Shown piece by piece: positions 28,404 to 38,071 of a stretch of DNA of 64,000 nucleotides (position 1 is the first letter of the stretch; each line of letters begins with the position of its first letter). A model generated the notes under the pieces. It did not search any database and had not been told where the DNA came from. It was given only the letters and a program-made list of their open reading frames with translations. The stretch is from Candidatus Atabeyarchaeum deiterrae (GTDB lineage: Archaea; Asgardarchaeota; Atabeyarchaeia; Atabeyarchaeales; Atabeyarchaeaceae): contig CP147780.1 in the NCBI GenBank assembly GCA_037310415.1, positions 832,001-896,000 of the forward strand, written 5' to 3'. Position numbers and translations under genes: made by a program.

Positions 28404-29834
28404 TTGTCTGAGGACACTGTGTTCGAAGTCGTAGACTACGCATTGAAACGAGGCGCCAAGTACGTAGATGTAAGGGTTCAACTTGAAGAAAGCACTGGAT
28501 TTACCGCAAGTGAAGGGGTAGTGGATGAAGGTGGAACCGTCTCCCTGAGAGGTGTCGGGGTGCGGGTCATTGTCGACGGGGCATGGGGTTTCTCTTCAGT
28601 AGATAATGCATCGTCAGAAGCCAAGATGCGGGAAACTGTTGATAGGGCGATAAAACTTGCTGGGAAAAGCGCTCAAGGAATATTCTCCCCTGTCGAGTTG
28701 GCTCCAACGGAAGTGTATCATGTAAGAGCTGTGGACGAGAGCAGTGAGCTTGAAATATGCAAAGAATTCGCAATTGAGGATGTATTGGAACCTGCAAAAG
28801 AATGTGACCGTCGAATCAGATCGGCGGGCACCGAGATCCAAGCATCTTCTTTGTCATTCACAATTGGACGATTCATCGAGACTTTCGCAAGTAGCGATGG
28901 TTCACTCATTACGCAGGCATTCACAGGATATCTAGGCACGTTATACGTCATAGCATCAAACGAGGGGATATCAGAATACTATCCGCATGATTTCGGCGGT
29001 TTGGGTGACTACCGGACGTTCTTGAATCAAGATCTCCCTGCCATTTCTGAGAGGATTGCAGCGAAGACATGCCAGCTCGTCAGATCGAGAACTCTGAACC
29101 AAATACCGTCTTTTAAGACGGTCATAATGGATCCCGAATTTGTTGCTCTTTGGGTTCATGAGACTATAGGTCATCCATTAGAGGCTGACAGGGTGCTTGG
29201 AGGCAGGGGCGACCCGCAGAATGCACCATGGACATGCAATGCGTTGGGAAACAAGGTCGCCGACGAATGCTTCAGTGTGGTGGACGATCCAAGCATAAAG
29301 AACCCAGCATGCTTCGATTTCGACAGCGAAGGTGTAAGAGGAAGAAGGAAACCTCTGATCACTAAAGGAGTGATGAAGAACTGCATTCACAACAGGGAAA
29401 CAGCAGCCGCGTTTCATGTTGAACCAAATGGAGGCGCAAGGTCCCCCTCCTATCGTTTCACGCCCATGCCACGAATGAGCAATACCTATGTTGAACCTGG
29501 TGACTGGACTCTTGAAGAGACTATTGAAGATACCAAGGAAGGGATCTACGTAGTAGGAAGCATTGCGCCCTCAGTTGACGGCAGGGCGTACGGGTGGAAG
29601 ATCAGTGCAAAAGAGTCATATATTGTTGCTAAGGGAGAAATCGGAGAAATGCTCCGAGGCGTCATTGTTTCGGAAGTTACACCTGATTTCTTGATTTCCA
29701 TTGATGCCCTAACCAAAGACCTTGGGATTACAGTTACCCCAGACTGCGGAAAGGGAAGCCCGATTCAAATGTTGCCAGTGGGAAATGGTGGACCGACAAT
29801 TCGAGGTAAAGCCTATGTGGCAGGAGTTGAGTGA
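28404..29834 (+). CDS. tldD: TldD metalloprotease
   Basis: HETIGH (HExxxH), PRMSNT and CGKG motifs. Confidence 0.88.
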   Translation: MSEDTVFEVVDYALKRGAKYVDVRVQLEESTGFTASEGVVDEGGTVSLRGVGVRVIVDGAWGFSSVDNASSEAKMRETVDRAIKLAGKSAQGIFSPVELAPTEVYHVRAVDESSELEICKEFAIEDVLEPAKECDRRIRSAGTEIQASSLSFTIGRFIETFASSDGSLITQAFTGYLGTLYVIASNEGISEYYPHDFGGLGDYRTFLNQDLPAISERIAAKTCQLVRSRTLNQIPSFKTVIMDPEFVALWVHETIGHPLEADRVLGGRGDPQNAPWTCNALGNKVADECFSVVDDPSIKNPACFDFDSEGVRGRRKPLITKGVMKNCIHNRETAAAFHVEPNGGARSPSYRFTPMPRMSNTYVEPGDWTLEETIEDTKEGIYVVGSIAPSVDGRAYGWKISAKESYIVAKGEIGEMLRGVIVSEVTPDFLISIDALTKDLGITVTPDCGKGSPIQMLPVGNGGPTIRGKAYVAGVE

Positions 29835-31228
29835 GAGCATTGGAGATCTACAGGGCAGTGATTTCACTGGCAACACGTGAGGGCGCAGAAACAGAAATCT
29901 TCTTGTTAAAGCGGGATCTCAAGTCGATTCGCGCTTCTAAGAATGAAATTGTAGAAGCCCAGAATATAGTTGAGGAAGGCGCAGGTATCCGGGTAATAAA
30001 AGATGGCTCCATGGGATTCTCAGCAACGAACAATCTAGAGGATTCTTCTCTCGAGAAGGCATTTAGATCAGCTCTCAGGATGGCGAAAGTGTCAAGAAGA
30101 AATCCCAAATGGAGCGGATTGCCAAGAAAGATGGACAATATCGGTGAACAAATCCCTTTGCAGTCGTATGACGCTGAACTGGCATCAAAATCGCTTGAAG
30201 AGATAACTGAGCTTGTCCTGAGGATGTTGAAACAAATAGATGCAGGAAATCAAACCAACTACACTCTGACATGCGCCCTCATGGTCCTAACTGAAGAATT
30301 CTCAATACTGAATTCACATGGCTTTGAACACTTCAGTGAGCCGAGCACACTATTATTTTCGCGCACAATAACGGATGCCAGCGAAGGAGCGAAGTATTCC
30401 ACGGCGACGAAGCAGTTCTGCTCGCACAAATTGTCTGAATTCATTCCAGAGAAAGAAGTTTTCGAGACTTCTAGGTCGGCGACTGACAGACTTAGCTTAC
30501 CGCAAAAGCGAATCCCGAAGAGTAGTTGCGACATAATCCTATCACCCGAATCTGTGGGAGCATTCGCGGCTTATCTCCTAACCCCAATGATCATAGGAAG
30601 ATCAGTCGAACAAGGGGTCTCATGCTTCACCAACATGCTAAACACAAAAGTTTCAGCGGACTCCTTCTCCTTGAGGGACGATGGCCACCTCAAAGGTGGG
30701 ATTGGTAGCGCCACCATTGATGATGAGGGAACGCCAACCCGCGAAACGAAAATAGTCGAAAGAGGCACTCTCAGAGGTTTCTTATATGACACACTGTCGG
30801 CATGTTGGAGTGATACATCATCAACCGGAAACGCTAGGAGAGCATCAGACGCACTCGGAAGAACCTACTTAGCACCTCCAGAACCAACTCCTACCAATCT
30901 GGTAGTAGAGAGTGGTGACTTTTCACCCGAAGAGCTAGTTGAAGAAACCAAGCATGGTGTCCTAATCGACTCGATTAACTACACTTTCCACTTAGTTCCT
31001 GAGCGAGGGTACTTCAACATGACAAGCAATTTTCCATCATTGATTATCGAAAACGGAGAAATTGAAGCCTGCACTCAGAACATATCGATCTCTGACGAAC
31101 TCTGCAAGACTCTAATGAAAATAGGAGGAATCGGAAAAAACGTTGGGCAGTTCGCTTTTTTAGGTTCTATCATGACGTCGGTTCCCCACTTGAAAATAAA
31201 CAATATGCCCATATCATATGCGAGCTAG
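29831..31228 (+). CDS. pmbA: TldE/PmbA partner subunit
   Basis: Motifs DDEGTP, G.L.GFLYD and STGNA.R; no HExxxH. Overlaps the tldD stop. Confidence 0.85.
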   Translation: MRALEIYRAVISLATREGAETEIFLLKRDLKSIRASKNEIVEAQNIVEEGAGIRVIKDGSMGFSATNNLEDSSLEKAFRSALRMAKVSRRNPKWSGLPRKMDNIGEQIPLQSYDAELASKSLEEITELVLRMLKQIDAGNQTNYTLTCALMVLTEEFSILNSHGFEHFSEPSTLLFSRTITDASEGAKYSTATKQFCSHKLSEFIPEKEVFETSRSATDRLSLPQKRIPKSSCDIILSPESVGAFAAYLLTPMIIGRSVEQGVSCFTNMLNTKVSADSFSLRDDGHLKGGIGSATIDDEGTPTRETKIVERGTLRGFLYDTLSACWSDTSSTGNARRASDALGRTYLAPPEPTPTNLVVESGDFSPEELVEETKHGVLIDSINYTFHLVPERGYFNMTSNFPSLIIENGEIEACTQNISISDELCKTLMKIGGIGKNVGQFAFLGSIMTSVPHLKINNMPISYAS

Positions 31229-31288
31229 ACTAAGCACTGAACTCGCTTGGAATCTTATCCATGAAGGTTGATATCAACTTATCCTTTG

Positions 31289-31612
31289 TGTGAAGATCGT
31301 AAAGGTTTCTGGTATATTTCACATGGTTCACATGAAAGACCACTATTCAGCGGACTAAGTAGACATGAGGGAAGACAACTCTCCGATGAATCAATGCTTG
31401 TTGTCTTCGATTACTTCCCGTTTTCCACGTTCTGACGGACTCAATTCACACAAGGATTTGAACGATGCGATGTAATTAATCCTTATAAGGCGAATTTTCT
31501 CTCTTTCCGCACAGATAAAATAATAGATTCCGTCCCTCGTTCACAACGGTCACAGAGATTCAATTTTAATTAAGTTCTACGCGTTGTGAAATCTGACTTA
31601 CACCTATGTGAA
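31289..31612. promoter_or_regulatory. Cluster of TTCACA/TGTGAA motifs, TATA-like box and inverted repeat upstream of metV
   Basis: Seven exact copies at 31289, 31318, 31327, 31445, 31540, 31585 and 31607. CCTTATAAGG at 31481. 9-bp inverted repeat at 31540-31548 / 31582-31590. Confidence 0.5.
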
Positions 31613-31636
31613 TAATTCGGAGGTAGAGTTCGAACC

Positions 31637-32299
31637 ATGATAATAACGGAACAGAAAAAACTTGAGGAACTATTGGACAAACTAGCTCCATACAAGAACG
31701 TCCTCGTGGTTGGATGCGGACACTGTGCGACTGTTTGCCAAACTGGCGGAGAAGATCAAGTAAAAGAAATAGTCGGGAAACTCAAAGAAGCCAAGGGCTC
31801 AAGTGGAATGGTGGTCACAGCTGCCCTAGTTGAGGAACCATGCGACGTTAGAATTCTGAAGCGAGACAGCAAGAAATTCAAGAAGGAGTTTGAGAACGCA
31901 GACGCAATTCTTACAATGTGCTGCGGCGTAGGCACTCAGACAATCGCAGGCGCGATGAACAAAGTGGTTGTCCCAGCGCTAAACACACTATTTTTAGGAG
32001 AAGTTGAACGAATAGGCAAATTTGAAGAAATGTGCCGTGCATGTGGAAACTGCATCCTAGAGGAGACTGGTGGCATCTGCCCAATAACACGATGTGCAAA
32101 GGGCCTGCTGAACGGTCCATGCGGCGGCATGAGCAAAGGCAAGTGCGAGGTAAAGAACTACACCAAGGACTGCGGATGGGTCCTGATCTATAATAAACTC
32201 AAAGAACAGGGAAGACTCGACAAATTCAGACAATACAGAGAACCGCGTGATTACTCACTGTCAAGCTACCCAAGGAGCGTCGATACAAGGGCTGCTTAG
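31637..32299 (+). CDS. metV: MetV (MTHFR Fe-S/Zn partner subunit)
   Basis: Motifs GCGHCATVCQTGG, CCGVG and CRACGNC.L..TGGICPITRCAKGLLNGPCGG. Confidence 0.9.
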   Translation: MIITEQKKLEELLDKLAPYKNVLVVGCGHCATVCQTGGEDQVKEIVGKLKEAKGSSGMVVTAALVEEPCDVRILKRDSKKFKKEFENADAILTMCCGVGTQTIAGAMNKVVVPALNTLFLGEVERIGKFEEMCRACGNCILEETGGICPITRCAKGLLNGPCGGMSKGKCEVKNYTKDCGWVLIYNKLKEQGRLDKFRQYREPRDYSLSSYPRSVDTRAA

Positions 32300-32340
32300 A
32301 ACAAAGGGTAGCAAAATATAGAAGAGGTGTGTGATTCATA

Positions 32341-33264
32341 GTGCAAGCATATAGTAATCTTATGAAAGGTATCGTCGAGGGCAGGTTTGTGTACACCGGT
32401 GAGTTAGAACCAGAGAAAACGACAGACATAGCCCAAGTAATAAACGATGCAAAAGAATTGACGGGCTACGCCATAGCCTGCAATGTTACCGACAACCCGA
32501 AGTCATGTGGGTACGTAAGCAGCCTTGTAGCGTCTTACCTTGTTCAGCGTGATGCTGGCATGGAAACCGTTTATCAGCTCACCTGCCGAGACAGAAATAG
32601 ACTGGCATTAATATCAGATCTCCTAGGAGCGGGCGCGCTTGGCATAAAGAACGTCTTAGCTCTGACCGGGGACCATACGATGGTAGGAGATAATCCAGCC
32701 TCAAAACCCGTATTCGACCTTGACTCAGCGCAATTAACGTCCCTAATAAAAATGATGGATCAAAAAGAAGTGGATCTTGCTGGGAACAAGATTGAGCATC
32801 CTCCTAAGCTCAACGTCGGCGTTGCTGCGAATCCGAATGCAGACCCTCTCGAACCAGAACTTCTGAAACTCGAGAGAAAGGCAAAGGCTGGGGCAGATTT
32901 CGTGCAGACACAAGTAGTCTTCGATGTGGAAAAAGCCAAACAATTCGTAAACGAAGCGTCAAAATACAATGTTCCGCTTCTAATCGGGATCTTCCCTTTG
33001 AAGAGCTTTGCAATGGCGGACTTCTTCAACAAGAACGTTCCAGGATGCTCAGTACCAAACGACCTTCTTGATAGACTGAAGCAACTTAAGGACGGCATCC
33101 AAGACAAAGAGGAGAGGAAACGGAAGACGGACGAGTTGAACGTAGACTACTTCACCAGCTTCATCAAAGAGCTGAAAAAGACAAGAGGCTGCAAAGGGAT
33201 TCACGTAATGGCAGTGGGCTATGCCAGTGTGACCAAACAATTAATAGACAGAGTAGGACATTAA
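32341..33264 (+). CDS. metF: Methylene-tetrahydrofolate/-pterin reductase MetF (intact motifs)
   Basis: Motifs NVTDN, QLTCRDRNR, LTGDH, KPVFDLDS and AGADFVQTQ. Confidence 0.92.
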   Translation: MQAYSNLMKGIVEGRFVYTGELEPEKTTDIAQVINDAKELTGYAIACNVTDNPKSCGYVSSLVASYLVQRDAGMETVYQLTCRDRNRLALISDLLGAGALGIKNVLALTGDHTMVGDNPASKPVFDLDSAQLTSLIKMMDQKEVDLAGNKIEHPPKLNVGVAANPNADPLEPELLKLERKAKAGADFVQTQVVFDVEKAKQFVNEASKYNVPLLIGIFPLKSFAMADFFNKNVPGCSVPNDLLDRLKQLKDGIQDKEERKRKTDELNVDYFTSFIKELKKTRGCKGIHVMAVGYASVTKQLIDRVGH

Positions 33265-33311
33265 GTCCTATGTTATTCATTTTTTTAAACTCTGAAGAAC
33301 TGGCGTATTAA

Positions 33312-33851
33312 ATGAGAATCTGTGTTCCTCTCAACTCAACAACTAGCAACCTTAGAAAGTGGGTTGCCAAGGTCTTTCACAAGAATACACTAGCATTCTA
33401 CTCAGTAGGACCAAAGTTCGACGAAGTCTTGGCCGATGTTAAAGACAAAGCCGATACACACTTTCCAAACCTCACGAACCTAAAGAACCTTCAAGTAAAA
33501 CTTAGATGTCTCAGTCTTGCAGAGGTTGACATAAGCGAGGCCTTCATCGTCGACTATTTGGTCAAGTGCTCGCCTGACCGTGCGGGTGGGACTAAGTTCC
33601 CCCCGGAATTGACTTTGCCCCTTCAGATGACTTTATGTCCGGTGGTCGACCTTTACGATGAGGAACCATGGCTCTCAGACTGTAGAGCTATGTTGGCAAA
33701 GGAAGAGGCTTGCTACATCGCTAACGGCGGTCTATTAGGACCATACTCTACGGCAAAACTCAAAGAGGATGACAATGGAGAACTAGTTTGGAACGTTTCA
33801 TCAAGAACTGAGGGAAAGGAGCAATTGACGATAAGGTCCACCATTGACTAG
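33312..33851 (+). CDS. Hypothetical protein
   Basis: 179-aa ORF co-oriented between two metF paralogues; no recognisable motif. Confidence 0.55.
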   Translation: MRICVPLNSTTSNLRKWVAKVFHKNTLAFYSVGPKFDEVLADVKDKADTHFPNLTNLKNLQVKLRCLSLAEVDISEAFIVDYLVKCSPDRAGGTKFPPELTLPLQMTLCPVVDLYDEEPWLSDCRAMLAKEEACYIANGGLLGPYSTAKLKEDDNGELVWNVSSRTEGKEQLTIRSTID

Positions 33852-33885
33852 CACTGCTATCAGAACGCCAAGTCAGCAATAAAAG

Positions 33886-34743
33886 GTGGTTCAAACGAAA
33901 TTCACAAGACGTCTGCGCAATGAGGAATTCACCACTTCAGCAGAACTCACATTCTCCAGAGGAATCGATAGAATGGCCTTCATGGATGAGGCCAGAAAGT
34001 TATCGCAATCTGTTGACGCAATCGTAATCTCAGATTATTCCTTTGGACTTCCGACAATGAATCCTATAGTGCCTGCGCTATGGTTGAATGAAGAGAACAT
34101 CGAATCTGTAATGGGATTCTACATAGAACACAGAAATCCGGAAGCGATTTACTCGGATGTGCTAGCGGCCGTAGAAAGCAACCTAACTAATGTGATAGTC
34201 TCTTCATATGAGAGCCCTAAAGATTACGCAACTTGCTTAGAATTAGCTGACGGGATAAAGGTCACTCTTGAGAAACAATCAAAGGCCAAGAAGAGTGAAC
34301 CGCACAAACTCATAAACCTCGGACTGACTTCCGGCTACATGATCGAAAGACCCGAAGACAGCGTGACCCTTGCAAGGAGATATGGGGCGGACTTTGTTTG
34401 CCCCCCCGAAACATACGATATCTCGGGCATTGTTGAACCGCTGGTAAAAAGAGCAAGATCCATTGGAATCCATACAATACTAAAGACTACTCTATATGCG
34501 TCAGTCAAAACGGTTAAGTTTGCCCGAAAATTCATTCCTGAGATGTTCATTCCACCCGAATTTGTGGAGGCAGTTGAAGGTTCATCTAATCCTCTGGAAG
34601 TGGGTCTGGAATTCGTAAGAGACTTCCTTGAGACTGCTAAGAGCCTTAAGGCATGTGGAGTGTGCTTGACTTTGCCGCAGAAATTTGAAGTTTACGAACG
34701 CATACCAGAAATAGTAGGCAAGAAATCCCCGGAAGTAGACTAA
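33886..34743 (+). CDS. Highly divergent MetF-like TIM-barrel protein
   Basis: SAEL, VDAIVISD, HRN..AIYSD.LAA, GADFV and IPEM.IP align by eye to MetF. The GD and TQ motifs are lost. Confidence 0.7.
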   Translation: MVQTKFTRRLRNEEFTTSAELTFSRGIDRMAFMDEARKLSQSVDAIVISDYSFGLPTMNPIVPALWLNEENIESVMGFYIEHRNPEAIYSDVLAAVESNLTNVIVSSYESPKDYATCLELADGIKVTLEKQSKAKKSEPHKLINLGLTSGYMIERPEDSVTLARRYGADFVCPPETYDISGIVEPLVKRARSIGIHTILKTTLYASVKTVKFARKFIPEMFIPPEFVEAVEGSSNPLEVGLEFVRDFLETAKSLKACGVCLTLPQKFEVYERIPEIVGKKSPEVD

Positions 34744-34744
34744 T

Positions 34745-35275
34745 CTACTGCTGTTGCACTTCTTCATGCTCTGGTTCCTCCACCTTCTTCGTGATTGGTA
34801 GGGGGACCACTGGTGTTCCTTCGACCTTGAGAGGCCGAAGAGCTATGCAGCTGTTTATGGATAAGATGCCCTTAACTAATCTCAGGCTTTCAATGAACCT
34901 GGTGAGCTCACTTAAGTTTCCTGTTTCTACCTTCAACCATATCCCACATTTTCCACTCATCCAGTAAGCTTCAGAGACGAGTGGAGATTCCACAAGCATC
35001 TCTATGATGTCACTCTCATGCCTCGAAGATGTGCTGACAGTTATGTACGCTATGATGGATTTCCCCGTTTTCTCTGGGTTTAGCGCTATCGTGAATCGTT
35101 CGATCACCTTATCTCTAATAAGTTTCTCAACACGTTTGCGAACTGCGGACTCTGAGAGACCAACATTGCCGGCGATATCTCCATAGGGTGCTCGGCCGTC
35201 CCTGAGCAGGCAATCCAGAATCTTCCTATCTTTCTTGTCTATGCCGTACATATAGCTCAATGTCTCCACCTCCAA
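34745..35275 (-). CDS. Lrp/AsnC family transcriptional regulator
   Basis: Motifs ID..DRKIL..L..DGR and VGLSESAVRKRVEKL. Confidence 0.9.
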   Translation of the reverse strand: MEVETLSYMYGIDKKDRKILDCLLRDGRAPYGDIAGNVGLSESAVRKRVEKLIRDKVIERFTIALNPEKTGKSIIAYITVSTSSRHESDIIEMLVESPLVSEAYWMSGKCGIWLKVETGNLSELTRFIESLRLVKGILSINSCIALRPLKVEGTPVVPLPITKKVEEPEHEEVQQQ

Positions 35276-35582
35276 GGACTACTTTTTACTGTTTCACCGC
35301 ATTATAAAAACCTTTTCACTGTTCATTAATCTCTCTTCGACTGATACCGCATCCCAGAAATAGGAGATATCCTCTTTTAGTCGACAAGAAGACTGGTTCC
35401 CGCGTCTCGAAGTGCATTTTAGTGCGGTGGACGCCCCAAATAGTCTCGATTTTGCTGAAGTGACGCTCGTTTCCACAGTTTTCGGTTATTTTCTGCTGTG
35501 GATTCATCAATTATCAACCACTTTGTCGGCGTTTTCATTACTTCTTCATCACAGCAACTAGTTATTTCCGTTCATCCAATGA

Positions 35583-35957
35583 GTGGATCAATATCATAAC
35601 CAAATATTCGGAGGAGATGTGGACTTGCCTCAAAGACACCTTAAGGAAATTGCCTTGGTTGCTCTCGCAAAGGAGCTTCCAGCCGTAGCAAGATCAATAA
35701 GCACTGAAAAAAGGGAAATGATAAGTGAGGATTCAATAGACCTAATTTTGAAGTCTCAGAGCAATCCGCTACCGCAGGGTTTAGCGTGGTCAATAATACG
35801 CTTGATGGGCTACGAGAAACAGACCACTGACGCCGGTATGGAGAAACTGCTTGAGGCTGGCATGATGGTGGAGCCTGAGCAGACTATAGAGCTTCTCGAT
35901 AAGCATGGCGAGAGAGAAGCAGCTAATGCCCTGAGGAGAATCATTTCAAATAGATGA
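35583..35957 (+). CDS. Small all-helical hypothetical protein
   Basis: ORF immediately upstream of mer. GGAGGAG RBS near 35610 suggests the true start is about 35620-35630. Confidence 0.6.
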   Translation: MDQYHNQIFGGDVDLPQRHLKEIALVALAKELPAVARSISTEKREMISEDSIDLILKSQSNPLPQGLAWSIIRLMGYEKQTTDAGMEKLLEAGMMVEPEQTIELLDKHGEREAANALRRIISNR

Positions 35958-35984
35958 ATTTCGTGGAGAAGAAATCAGGAAGGT

Positions 35985-36983
35985 TTGATGGCTATGAAGT
36001 TTGGCGTGGAACTTGTTCCCAACAACCCGATAGACGAGGTTCTGAAGTGGGCCTCAGTGGCTGAGCAGAAGAAGTTCGACTACATCTGGGTAACGGATCA
36101 CTTCAACAATCGAAACACGTACGTTACACTAACTTCGATTGCTCTAAAGACAACGTCGGTGAGAATAGGACCAGGTGTAACTAACCCGTATCTTATCAAC
36201 CCAGCTTGGACTGCTTCTGCCATGGCCAGCCTTAGTGAAGTATCTAAGGGGAGGGCTGTTCTTGGGATTGGGGCGGGAGACCGAACCACTTTGGGATACC
36301 TCGGATTAGAACAGAAGAGCCCTGTTGCTGCCTTAGCTGAATGCGTAAGCATCATAAGAGGGTTGCTGAAAGGGGATGAGGTCAAGCTCCCAGGTAAGGT
36401 GTTCAATGTCTCGGGCGCCCGATTGAGCTATCAACCGGACTTCGTTCCAATCTACTTGGGTGTGCAGGGACCAAAGATGCTTCACCTTGCAGCGCAGATA
36501 AGCGATGGTGTCTTAGTGAATGCGTCTGATCCAGCGGAAATCTCATTGGCTGTGAGGGAAGTGAGAAGCGGGCTCGATGAAGCTAGTAGACCCTCTTCGG
36601 ACTTTGACATAGCTGCTTACACAAGCTTCTCCGTTGATACGGATCCCGCTATAGCGATGAAACTCGCTAGACCAGTAGTAGCGTTTATAGCTGCGGCCTC
36701 TCCCGATTCTGTACTCGAACGCCATGGGATCTCTCCTGAGTTGATTCAAACCATCAGAACGGCTCTCGGAAAGGGACAATTCAAAGAGGCGTTCAAGGCA
36801 GTTAATGACGAACTACTTGAAGTCTTTTCAATAACTGGAACACCATCCCAGGTCACTGAGAAAATATCTGCAATACTCAAGGAAGGAGTCTCTCAGCTGG
36901 TTATAGGCTCACCGATCGGGGTAGACAAGGTCAAGACACTGGAGTCGGTAGGCTCAGAAATAATTCCTCATTTTCTCCAGTGA
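35985..36983 (+). CDS. mer: F420-dependent methylene-H4MPT reductase
   Basis: Motifs MKFGVELVPN, WVTDHFNNRN, GPGVTNPY, GIGAGD, QGPKML, DGVLVNAS and GSPIG. Confidence 0.9.
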   Translation: MMAMKFGVELVPNNPIDEVLKWASVAEQKKFDYIWVTDHFNNRNTYVTLTSIALKTTSVRIGPGVTNPYLINPAWTASAMASLSEVSKGRAVLGIGAGDRTTLGYLGLEQKSPVAALAECVSIIRGLLKGDEVKLPGKVFNVSGARLSYQPDFVPIYLGVQGPKMLHLAAQISDGVLVNASDPAEISLAVREVRSGLDEASRPSSDFDIAAYTSFSVDTDPAIAMKLARPVVAFIAAASPDSVLERHGISPELIQTIRTALGKGQFKEAFKAVNDELLEVFSITGTPSQVTEKISAILKEGVSQLVIGSPIGVDKVKTLESVGSEIIPHFLQ

Positions 36984-37126
36984 GTGTTCAAAGAACCTGA
37001 CAAGAGCACCCAACTGGAATCCCTTCCTTTATTGTTCTCTTGTTCTTGGTCTTCTTTAAGTCAGCTTAGAGTCTAAATGAGAATATAGGATTCGGAAAAG
37101 AAGCGGCAGGACTCTAGTTTCTCGCA

Positions 37127-38035
37127 TTACTGGGATCGCGCGCTTAGGACATCAAGCTTAGTAGATACGATGTTGCAGCCGGAGACCCCTTTAACTGCTT
37201 TTAACTCCTTGACAAGCATGCTTACCAGATTCCGATTGATCTCAGAGATCTCCTTGCTTCTCGTTTCTGTATTCACGCTCTTCTTTTCTGCCTCTTTAAT
37301 TCTTTCGACGAGGTCTTCTGGCGGTTTAGAACTCGGATAGAGTTTATTAATCCAGTTGGAAGTCTCAACCGAGTCAATAGGATAAAGAGTAACAATCAAG
37401 GGAATGCCTATCTTACATGCCAAGTCTGCAGTCATTTTCGCTTTTTCACTATCATAGACTGGCAATGTGATGAGGTATGAAGCACCAGCATGTTTTTCCT
37501 TCTGGATCATCGATTCTGCCATCTCAGGTCGCGAGTGATCGAATCCAACAACTGCACCGATATCAAAACTCGCCGGCTTTATGACTTCTCCTGTGAAAGC
37601 CTTTCCAACACTCATCTGCTTAATCATCGTTATCAATTGAACAGTATCAACATCGAAAACAGGTTTCGCCTTGGTGTACGTACTTGTTGTCGTGTGAGCC
37701 CCAGCTGCGACGACGATGTCAGTCAATCCAAGTTGACCTGCAGTTAGTATATCCGAGAAGAGCCCCAGCCTGTTCCTGTCTCTGCTGTCCAAGCAGTATA
37801 TGGACTGGATCTTCAGTTTTTCCTTGATCAAGTAACTAGGAACTAGTGTGTTAAGGTAGAGCGAAGCCTTCGGGTCTCGGCCTACGATCACGGCATCGAC
37901 CAAGTTCTGTATTTTCTTCGCTTTTTCCAGTAACTTCTCAATCGAAGTCTGGCTGTCAACCTCAAGTTCCGCCATTGTAACGAACTTGCTCTCTTTGAGC
38001 TTGCCAACGACGCCACTACTCGAGCTCCTTGGCAT
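37127..38035 (-). CDS. Divergent MetF paralogue
   Basis: SRDRNRLGL.SD.L.A and KPVFDVDT are retained; GDH has become GAH and QTQ has become ITL. Confidence 0.8.
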   Translation of the reverse strand: MPRSSSSGVVGKLKESKFVTMAELEVDSQTSIEKLLEKAKKIQNLVDAVIVGRDPKASLYLNTLVPSYLIKEKLKIQSIYCLDSRDRNRLGLFSDILTAGQLGLTDIVVAAGAHTTTSTYTKAKPVFDVDTVQLITMIKQMSVGKAFTGEVIKPASFDIGAVVGFDHSRPEMAESMIQKEKHAGASYLITLPVYDSEKAKMTADLACKIGIPLIVTLYPIDSVETSNWINKLYPSSKPPEDLVERIKEAEKKSVNTETRSKEISEINRNLVSMLVKELKAVKGVSGCNIVSTKLDVLSARSQ

Positions 38036-38071
38036 TAGAACTGCAACCTCCAACAATCATCCCTATATTCT

